Shown in pieces: positions 7,432 through 14,581 of a stretch of DNA of 33,094 bases. Under the pieces are notes generated by a model that saw only the letters and a program-made list of their open reading frames with translations, ran no database searches and had not been told where the DNA came from. Both the position numbers and the translations under genes were made by a program. The DNA is from a virus (lineage: Duplodnaviria; Caudoviricetes): positions 1 through 33,094 of IMG/VR virus record IMGVR_UViG_3300044252_000049, one strand, 5' to 3'. Within the stretch, counting starts at the first letter, position 1; each line of letters starts with the position of its first letter.

Positions 7432-9792
7432 TCACTCTCGCTTCGCGGTGGAGATGCCCACCTGGACGATGGAGTTCGAGAGGCCGGTTACGTCGTGTAA
7501 TCCGAACTCGTCCACCCACACATCACCGGACGCTCCGGTGGTGTCCCGAGCGATCCAGGCGATCATGGTCGAAGCGGTGGCGGCCACCAGGAGGTCGACC
7601 TCGACCCAGTTCGCGTTGGGGTTGGCCTGGACAGTCTGGTCCTCCAACGCCACCGTGATCCGGGCCACCGGCGACTTCACCCACGCGCTGAGGATGTACT
7701 CGTGGCCGACCACCAGGTTGCTGAGGACCACCTGCGGACGGTCCGTCGAACCCTGCGGCCAGTTCACCTTCATCGACGCCGGGGCCAGGTGGAACTGAGC
7801 GGTGTCTCGGGTCCGAACGGCCCGAGGAGAACCGTCGTTCGTTCCGCTCGTCCACGCACCGAGGTCGGATGAGAAGGTGGCCGAGTCGGTGGTCGCACCG
7901 GTGATGAACATGTTGCTCGGGTCGCCCTCGCCGGCGAACTCCACGGTCAGCCAGTGGCCCATCCCGCAGGTGACGCTGGGCCACCGGACCGGCACGCCGC
8001 CGGTGGAGTAGACCAGGTGGTTCGCCGGGTAGGTGTTCCCGGCGGTGTCCTCGATGTAGACGGTCTGGTTCATCCCGTCAATGACCATCGTGCTGTTCGG
8101 CGGGATGTACATGACGGTGATATCGCCGCAGAACGAGCAGGGGTCCAGGTCCGAGACCTCTTGGGTGACCCCCATCGGAGCGGTGTAGAGGCGCAGCCGG
8201 ACCCATCGGGCAGCGGCGTTGCCGGTGGTCAGGGTGATGATGAGGACGGCGTCGGTGGCCAGGGGGACCTGGTCCTCGGGGATGTAGAGCGAGTAGCCCG
8301 CCCGGTACGGGGCCGGAGGCTGCAGGCTGGTGAGCACCGCCGGGGGGCGGGGCGGAGCGGGGACCGCTGGCAGGGTCGGGTCGGTGATCGGAGCCGGTGC
8401 TGAGTAGGTGCAGTCCGGCAGTTGAGGCGGCGTCGGGTCCAGCGTGAGGATCGGCGGGATCACCGTCGGCATGACCTCGAACGAGACGTAGAACGCGCCC
8501 TGACCGAACCCGTAACGAACGTCGGCATCCCAGACCGGTGAGACCAGCGATGCCTCGTCATACGGAGACGAGTACAGCGCTCCGTTGTTGTTGGACCCGC
8601 CGTAGTTGCTGCTGGTCGCCCACCGCTTGGTGCCGAGGTCGAGAAAGAGAACCTGGTCCAAGGTGTTGCGCGACGTCATGTGGTAGCCCATCGCCTTGGC
8701 GGTGGTGTTGAAGGGCGTGACGACCTGCGGCAACTGTGAGGCGTTGCTGCCCTTGATGAGGATGAAGTCGATCAGGACCGGGTCGTCCGGGTCGAACGTC
8801 CCGGCCTGGAACGACAGGCAGGTGTAGTCCCCGTTGCCGTTGGTGTTGAGCCGGACGTCGACATACCCCAGGTCGATATCCGCCTGCTCCGCGATCTTCC
8901 AGGCCAGCGAGCCGAAGTAGGTGTCGGCGTTGACCCCGGTGACGTTCCAGCCCGGCATCCCGGCGTTGTTGATCTGGTTCGCCCCGAACGCCACGACAAC
9001 GAGGTCGCCCTCTGCGGTGGTGGCAGGGAACGGGACCAGGTTGTTGACGACGTTCATGTGTCCGTGCGTCTCGCCGATCTCGACCGGGAAAATCTCGCCG
9101 CCCGGAGTGGTGTCCTCGGTGCCCACCGAGGAGCCCAGGAACTTCACCTGGCCATAGACCCACGGCGTCGCAGCGACCAGGGTGAACTCGACCGCGTCCA
9201 TCCAGGCCCCGGACGTGAGTTGTCCGTAGGGGTGCAGCATGGTCGGCCCGGCGGAGAGGACCACATCCTTGAGCGTCCGCTGGTATTCGTCGGCTTCGGT
9301 GATGCTGCTCGGACAGTCCGCGAAGAAGCACATGTCGTCGCCGCCGCAGTCGCCGGCGGTCGCGCAGCCCGAACCACCGAGGGTGCCCCGCAGCCAGGCC
9401 CGGCTCTTGGCCAGCGCGATCCGGGTGCCAGCGATGAGGACGCCGGTGACCCGCACCTCTCGGGTGGCCAGGCGGGGGGTCGAGATGCTGCCGCCGTCAC
9501 CGATGGACTGCGTGACCTCGACCTCCACGGTGGAGTCGTACAGTCCCTCCATCGTCATCGGCATGAAGCCGTAGAAGTCGTCCAGGTCCGGCTCGTCGGC
9601 GGCGATCCACGGAGCCGGGTCATCCACCGGGTTGTTCTTGTAGACGTCCTCGCCGAGCGCCAGTGCCAGGGTGCCGCACTCGTCGCAGCCAGCCAGGTCC
9701 AGGGTCGGCACATTGGCCCGCAGGTAGGTCAGCGTGCGGTCCACGTTGAAGACCTCACGCCCTGCCAGGCTCATCCAGCCGAGGTAGTACAC
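7432..9792 (-). CDS. distal tail protein (Dit-like) with inserted domains, 786 aa
   Basis: Follows the tape measure; REVRVTGVL...VEFTLVAATPWVYG; C-terminal CBM-like segment (LVVGHEYILSAWVKS...VWVDEF). Confidence 0.75.
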   Translation of the reverse strand: MYYLGWMSLAGREVFNVDRTLTYLRANVPTLDLAGCDECGTLALALGEDVYKNNPVDDPAPWIAADEPDLDDFYGFMPMTMEGLYDSTVEVEVTQSIGDGGSISTPRLATREVRVTGVLIAGTRIALAKSRAWLRGTLGGSGCATAGDCGGDDMCFFADCPSSITEADEYQRTLKDVVLSAGPTMLHPYGQLTSGAWMDAVEFTLVAATPWVYGQVKFLGSSVGTEDTTPGGEIFPVEIGETHGHMNVVNNLVPFPATTAEGDLVVVAFGANQINNAGMPGWNVTGVNADTYFGSLAWKIAEQADIDLGYVDVRLNTNGNGDYTCLSFQAGTFDPDDPVLIDFILIKGSNASQLPQVVTPFNTTAKAMGYHMTSRNTLDQVLFLDLGTKRWATSSNYGGSNNNGALYSSPYDEASLVSPVWDADVRYGFGQGAFYVSFEVMPTVIPPILTLDPTPPQLPDCTYSAPAPITDPTLPAVPAPPRPPAVLTSLQPPAPYRAGYSLYIPEDQVPLATDAVLIITLTTGNAAARWVRLRLYTAPMGVTQEVSDLDPCSFCGDITVMYIPPNSTMVIDGMNQTVYIEDTAGNTYPANHLVYSTGGVPVRWPSVTCGMGHWLTVEFAGEGDPSNMFITGATTDSATFSSDLGAWTSGTNDGSPRAVRTRDTAQFHLAPASMKVNWPQGSTDRPQVVLSNLVVGHEYILSAWVKSPVARITVALEDQTVQANPNANWVEVDLLVAATASTMIAWIARDTTGASGDVWVDEFGLHDVTGLSNSIVQVGISTAKRE
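7486..7502. promoter_or_regulatory. degenerate palindrome copy 5 (GGTTACGT C GTGTAATC)
   Basis: Two mismatches in one arm; near the 3' end of Dit, about 60 bp before the next start. Confidence 0.55.
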
Positions 9793-9803
9793 CGAGCCTC
9801 CCT

Positions 9804-9820
9804 AGTTACACCGTGTAATC
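9804..9820. promoter_or_regulatory. palindrome copy 6 (AGTTACAC C GTGTAATC)
   Basis: Perfect core; overlaps the tape measure TGA. Confidence 0.9.
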
Positions 9821-12605
9821 AGTTGACCAGAATGGCGAACCGGTCGAGCAGCGCCGCTGCCGCCAGTTGCGGGTCGGTGTTCGGCACCGTCACCTGGATC
9901 GCGCCCGGCTGGATGTTGATGCTCTTGCCCTGCGGGACCAAGCCTTGGGCGAATGCCGACAGGCCACGCACAGAGGGGTCCACACGGCCCAGGGAGCGCC
10001 GTAGCGGCACGATAGCCTCCGGGCCGTCCTCCCCGGCCAGGAGGACCTGCGGTCCGCGCAGAACGCTTCCTGCGGCCATACCGACGATGCCCCCCGCCGC
10101 TCTTTGGCCGAGGTCCTCGTTGCCCATCGCACCTGGGCCAACTGAGGCCATGAGTCCAGCGATCTGTGCCTTGGCCCGCTGGATCGCCGCTGTGATCGCC
10201 GAGACGTCGCCCTTGAAGTAGGTGGTGTTCTCATCCGGCACCGAGTTGACCGCACCCTGCGCCGTCTTCGCTGCGCCACCCAGGCCACTGTCCGTGCCCC
10301 TGAACGCGGTGGTGTTGTCGTCCGGGACAGCGTTGATCGCCCCGGTGGCACTGGTCGCCGTCCCGACCAGTTGCGAGTTCAGGCCCTCGAAGGTCGTGGT
10401 GTTGGCGTCGGGCACGCCGTCGATCGCATGGTTGACCTGGGTGACCGTGCCAAACAGTGGGCTGTCCTCGCCGGCGAACGAGGTGGTGTTCTCGTCGGGC
10501 ACGCTGTTGACGGCACCAACCGCAGCGTCCGCCACCGCAGTCAGTGGCCCCATGTCACCGTCGAACGAGGTGAGCACCTCAGGCGGAATCCCGTGGACGG
10601 TGGCCAGGGCAGCGCCCGCTGCCGTGTCCAGCGGCTTGGTGTCGCCGACGAACTTGGTCATCACGTCCGGCTGCTGCACCGAGGTCAGTTCCTGAAGCGC
10701 CATTTGGGCGTCCTGCAGGTCAGTGTCGTCGGCCTTGAACATCATGTTGATCTCGTCGGGCAGTTTCCTCAGCGACTCGCTCGCCGCATCCGTGGAAGCA
10801 CTGACCGCACCAAGATCGGTGGCTATCTCCTTGGCCCAGCCAAAGCCGGGCACCTTGCCGAGAACGGCGAAGAAGCCAGACATGACTCCCGTGACCACCG
10901 AGATGGTCTCCAACAGGAAAGCGAAGCCCTTGGCGGCGATCGTCGCCATTGCCCCGAGGGCGCGACCGGTGGCCTCGAACGCCGGACCGAGTTTGCCGAC
11001 TACGTCCATGATCCCGCCGATGCCAGCGATGATCTGGGTGGCGAACTCCCGGTTCCCGGCGGTGTCCAACCGCTGGAACGCCTCGACCACCTTGCCGATC
11101 GCGGTGAACAGTTGCTCGCCGAACGTCTTGGCGTCCTGGAACCATTGCTTCAACTGCTGCTGGCCCTCAGGGCTCTTGAGGAAGTCAGCCAGTTTCCTGG
11201 TCACCTCACCCAGCCAGGTGAGGAACCCCTGCCCACTCTCCTGACCCGCCCCGAACACCTCACCGATCGTGGTCCCGACGTTCTTCAAAATCTCCCAGAG
11301 TTGCTTGGCCGACGCCCACGCCTTGTCGAAGAAGTCCTTGATCCCCGCCTGCCCCGCCGCCGAAGCAGCCCAGTCCGAGAACTGCGTGGCGATGTTCTTG
11401 ATCGCCGTCGCCAGTTCCCGGGCCATAGGCATCAGCGGCTGGAAGAACGAGACCATCCCGGTCAGTGCCTTGCCGAGCGCCGTGGTCAGGTCGCCGGCAA
11501 TGGGGCCGAGCGCGTCAGCCCACGACGACAGTGCCTTCTTGATCTCCGGGCGCTGGAAGTCCTTGGCGATCCCGGTGACCGCATCCCGGACGTTGGTCGC
11601 CACGCCCTTGAGCAGCGGCCCACCGAAGTCCTTGAGTAGGTCACTGGCCGTCTTCAACCAGATCGGCAGGTCCTTGAGGAAGACCTTCGAGATTTCCTCG
11701 CCGATCTTCCCCATCTGCTTCTTGATCGGTTCCAGCGTCTTCTTCTGGGCGTCGCTCATGTTCTTGAACGCGATCACCACGGTGCCGACCGCAGCGGCCA
11801 GACCGACCATCAGCGGGATCGCCGCTCCGATCACGCCGATGATGCCCGCACCCACGGCGCTACCCACAGCGATCGCGCCCGCCGCCAGCATGGACAGGGC
11901 CGAAGCGATCACGGCGACCGCCTCACCGAGGGCGAAGAACGCGAACACCGCGCCACCGGTCACCGCCACCACCGTCGCCAGGGCGGCGGCGACCATCGTG
12001 ATCGGACCGCCCATCTTCGTCAGCGTGCCCAGGCCCTCGCCAATGGAGCCGCCCAACTTCGTGAAGAACGAGGCCCCACCCTCGGCCTGGTCGAACAGGC
12101 CCTTGAAGGACTTCGTCAGGGTCCCGACGACCTCCGGGAGTTCTCCGAGCGCCTTGGCGACGAACCCGAACGCCTTGACCGTCCCCTGGGCGAACTCGGC
12201 CACGCCCTGAACCATGCTGCCGATGACGTTGAGGAAGTCGTTGCGTGACCCCTTGCCGAAGGAGCGGCCCATCATCCCGGGCAGCATGGCGGAGAACTTG
12301 TGAATCTTGGCCCCGAGGGTGTCGAAGTCGACGTCGACGTCGACCTTCATCCGCTGGTTCTTGAACTGCGCCCGCAGGTTCCGGAAGAACCCGTCACCCC
12401 ACTCGCCGCCCGCCTTGGTGGACCCGGACCTGATCTCTCGGTGCACACCCTTGTAGAAGGACTTGGCCCAGTCGTCGCCCATCTTCTCGGCGTCGCCCTT
12501 CTGCAGCGCCTTCGCCATGCTCCGCTTGATCTGCGGCCCCATGTCCGAGGTGTCGGCGTCAACCTTGGCTACCACGTGGGCAACTACGTCTCCGCCGATA
12601 GCCAT
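9819..12605 (-). CDS. tape measure protein, 928 aa
   Basis: Long Ala/Gly-rich helical ORF with a hydrophobic stretch, lying after the chaperones; C-terminal A.GG...GP...LAGEDGPEAIVPL motif. Confidence 0.92.
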   Translation of the reverse strand: MAIGGDVVAHVVAKVDADTSDMGPQIKRSMAKALQKGDAEKMGDDWAKSFYKGVHREIRSGSTKAGGEWGDGFFRNLRAQFKNQRMKVDVDVDFDTLGAKIHKFSAMLPGMMGRSFGKGSRNDFLNVIGSMVQGVAEFAQGTVKAFGFVAKALGELPEVVGTLTKSFKGLFDQAEGGASFFTKLGGSIGEGLGTLTKMGGPITMVAAALATVVAVTGGAVFAFFALGEAVAVIASALSMLAAGAIAVGSAVGAGIIGVIGAAIPLMVGLAAAVGTVVIAFKNMSDAQKKTLEPIKKQMGKIGEEISKVFLKDLPIWLKTASDLLKDFGGPLLKGVATNVRDAVTGIAKDFQRPEIKKALSSWADALGPIAGDLTTALGKALTGMVSFFQPLMPMARELATAIKNIATQFSDWAASAAGQAGIKDFFDKAWASAKQLWEILKNVGTTIGEVFGAGQESGQGFLTWLGEVTRKLADFLKSPEGQQQLKQWFQDAKTFGEQLFTAIGKVVEAFQRLDTAGNREFATQIIAGIGGIMDVVGKLGPAFEATGRALGAMATIAAKGFAFLLETISVVTGVMSGFFAVLGKVPGFGWAKEIATDLGAVSASTDAASESLRKLPDEINMMFKADDTDLQDAQMALQELTSVQQPDVMTKFVGDTKPLDTAAGAALATVHGIPPEVLTSFDGDMGPLTAVADAAVGAVNSVPDENTTSFAGEDSPLFGTVTQVNHAIDGVPDANTTTFEGLNSQLVGTATSATGAINAVPDDNTTAFRGTDSGLGGAAKTAQGAVNSVPDENTTYFKGDVSAITAAIQRAKAQIAGLMASVGPGAMGNEDLGQRAAGGIVGMAAGSVLRGPQVLLAGEDGPEAIVPLRRSLGRVDPSVRGLSAFAQGLVPQGKSINIQPGAIQVTVPNTDPQLAAAALLDRFAILVN
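10165..10770 (-). repeat. about seven 29-aa (87-bp) tandem repeats in the tape measure C-terminus (ends approximate)
   Basis: VPDENTTSF/VPDANTTTF/VPDDNTTAF/VPDENTTYF recur at 87-bp spacing (about 10221, 10308, 10395, 10482). Confidence 0.85.
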
Positions 12606-12629
12606 GCCCTACCTCCGATGGTGTTGCGG

Positions 12630-12980
12630 TCAGTGTGACAGGGCTTGCTCTGCGGCGGAACGAGTCAGGACCGGCAGTAGCGCGTTGAGCAGGTCGGTCA
12701 TGCCACCGTCCCCGGTCAGGCCGAACGAATCCGCCGGGTCGAACAGCCGGGTCTTGAAATAGTCCTGCCCCTCCTCATCGAACAGGCAGAAGAAGAACCG
12801 GACTATGTCGCCGATCTGATCCACACCTCCGTCGAGCGACTCGTAGGCCGCCATGAACACGGCGTACTGAGGCATCGTGGGCGGGTGCGCGGTGACCGTC
12901 CGCCCATCATGCTCGAAGGTGACCGGCTGGGCCGGCATCGGCTCGTCGTGGTGGCCGGCACCGGTGGTGAAGGACTTCAT
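12630..12980 (-). CDS. second tail assembly chaperone paralog, 116 aa
   Basis: Aligns by eye with 13147..13587 (MKSF.T...P.TFEHDGR.VTA..PT.PQ.A.F...YFK.R..DP.D.F). Confidence 0.8.
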   Translation of the reverse strand: MKSFTTGAGHHDEPMPAQPVTFEHDGRTVTAHPPTMPQYAVFMAAYESLDGGVDQIGDIVRFFFCLFDEEGQDYFKTRLFDPADSFGLTGDGGMTDLLNALLPVLTRSAAEQALSH

Positions 12981-13276
12981 CAGGCTCCCTGCTGGAACTC
13001 GGCAAAGAAGGTCTGGAAGGACTTGTCCTCCTCAGCCACCACCTCCGGGCTCGGCTTGCGGACCTGTCCCCGTGGCGGGTCCTGCATCCGGATGACCCAG
13101 GTCTCGACGTCCTCGACGTGCTCCAACCCCCAGGTCCACACGAGGTTCAGGAAACGGTCAAACCGAAGGCCGAGGGGGTCGACTCCGCGTCCTGCGGCCC
13201 CGCCGTCGAGCCGTTCCCAGTTGCTGTCAGCAAAGAGGACGAGTCGGACGGCGAGATAGTAGGGCGGCCCGACCAC
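12980..13276 (-). CDS. tail assembly chaperone T-type ORF, 98 aa
   Basis: Overlaps the 3' end of 13147..13587 in the -1 frame; lambda G/T-like position. Confidence 0.7.
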   Translation of the reverse strand: MVGPPYYLAVRLVLFADSNWERLDGGAAGRGVDPLGLRFDRFLNLVWTWGLEHVEDVETWVIRMQDPPRGQVRKPSPEVVAEEDKSFQTFFAEFQQGA

Positions 13277-13587
13277 TCCTCGATCAGCCAGGTGAGTATG
13301 TCCGACAGGGCCTCCATATCGAAGGCGTCGTTGGGGTCGTTGATGCGGCGCTTGAAGTAGGACGAGTCCTCACGGTTGAACCGGTCCGCGAAGAAGTTGA
13401 GGGTGTCGAAGATGCGGTTGCTCTCGGGTGCGGTCTCACCGAAGGCTGACAGGAACAGCGCGAACTGCGGGCCGGTAGGAGCGGTCGCTGTCACCTTCCT
13501 GCCGTCGTGCTCGAAGGTGATCGGCGGCTGGATCGGTGGTTCCTTGTCATGCGACGCTGCCTTGGCAGCCGTGCTGAAAGACTTCAT
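13147..13587 (-). CDS. tail assembly chaperone (G-type), 146 aa
   Basis: SD GAGGAG; lies between the tail completion genes and the tape measure; WSGRPT followed by a Ser-rich tail. Confidence 0.8.
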   Translation of the reverse strand: MKSFSTAAKAASHDKEPPIQPPITFEHDGRKVTATAPTGPQFALFLSAFGETAPESNRIFDTLNFFADRFNREDSSYFKRRINDPNDAFDMEALSDILTWLIEEWSGRPTISPSDSSSLLTATGNGSTAGPQDAESTPSAFGLTVS

Positions 13588-13603
13588 CGGTCTCCTCGGT
13601 GGC

Positions 13604-13620
13604 GATTACACGGTGTAATC
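13604..13620. promoter_or_regulatory. palindrome copy 7 (GATTACAC G GTGTAATC)
   Basis: Perfect; intergenic, between a stop (13626) and the SD of the chaperone gene. Confidence 0.9.
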
Positions 13621-13625
13621 GCAAC

Positions 13626-14072
13626 TCAGACGTTACCGCTGCCGAACGTCCTGATGAATCGAGAGCCGCTCATGACGAAGGCTGCCGCCTCCCGCAGGAA
13701 CGGCTGCGGGTGCTGGCCCGCCACGTAGGGCCGTAGCGTCCGCCTCATCTTCACGCCGGTAATGGAGGGCGCGACCGGCACTGACAGGAACAGGCTGTGG
13801 ACCGGGTAGATCGGGCCGTAGGTACCGTTGTGCACGTACTTCGCGTAGGGCGCGGTGGCCTCGATCTCGATGGAAGCCCGGTGCCCACGCCAGGTCTGGT
13901 TCCCCAGGTGGACCGAACGAGCCAACCGGCCGGACCGCTTCGGAGCGTTCTGCTGGGCATACCGCTGGACGGTGTCGCCCTTGCGGTGGATGTACCGCCC
14001 GACCGGCTTGCCCTGCGCGTTCAGCGCCTTGATCCGGCTGTCGTAGATGCGGACGTAGATGCGGGTGGCCAC
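13626..14072 (-). CDS. HK97 gp10-like tail completion/neck protein, 148 aa
   Basis: GTG start at 14072 (TAGTG overlap); AP.RSGRLARS...YA.YVH.GT...G..PQPFLREA motifs. Confidence 0.8.
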   Translation of the reverse strand: MATRIYVRIYDSRIKALNAQGKPVGRYIHRKGDTVQRYAQQNAPKRSGRLARSVHLGNQTWRGHRASIEIEATAPYAKYVHNGTYGPIYPVHSLFLSVPVAPSITGVKMRRTLRPYVAGQHPQPFLREAAAFVMSGSRFIRTFGSGNV

Positions 14073-14581
14073 TAGAACTCCCCGACCGACACACTCCACG
14101 AACCACCCAGGCAGCCACCGATGGGGCCTGCCGGGCTCCACTCCCCGACCGTCACGATCCGCCCGTCGGTGAAGCAGCAGGCCGCCGCCCGTCCCGCCGC
14201 TGCCATGTCCGACGCCTGCAGTTCGGCCGCCGCCAGTTGGACCGCCATGTCCGGTAGTTGACCGTCCTCGGTCAGGGTGGGGGCGCAGCGCAGCACGCCC
14301 ACCTCGAAGATGCCGACCAGTGCCGGTGCACATCGCCCTGGAAGGGTGAGCCCGCTGTTGGCGGTGTTCGACGGCATCGGGATGATCGACGCCAGCCGCA
14401 CCCAGGCCATGCCGCACTGGTCACCCTGGCAGGGTGAGCAGTAGTCGTAGGCCACGCTGTCGCCGGCAAGGACGCCGCAGAAGCACGGCTCCGGTCCACC
14501 CGACGCCGCCAGTTCGGCGCACAGGCAGGACGCCAGTTTGGTGGTCAGCGGCCAGATGCGGGTGTCCAGGACGAGGGTCAC
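14072..14581 (-). CDS. putative tail terminator, 169 aa
   Basis: Cys-rich C..CG.AWVR...EVGVLRC...GP.GGC.GG; follows the adaptor gene. Confidence 0.65.
   Translation of the reverse strand: MTLVLDTRIWPLTTKLASCLCAELAASGGPEPCFCGVLAGDSVAYDYCSPCQGDQCGMAWVRLASIIPMPSNTANSGLTLPGRCAPALVGIFEVGVLRCAPTLTEDGQLPDMAVQLAAAELQASDMAAAGRAAACCFTDGRIVTVGEWSPAGPIGGCLGGSWSVSVGEF

Noticed and set aside
6320-13587. Shared MKSF N-terminus of 5294..6337 and the two chaperones
   Set aside because: Similarity to the tail protein stops after about 6 residues, so it is likely coincidence or a favoured initiation context.
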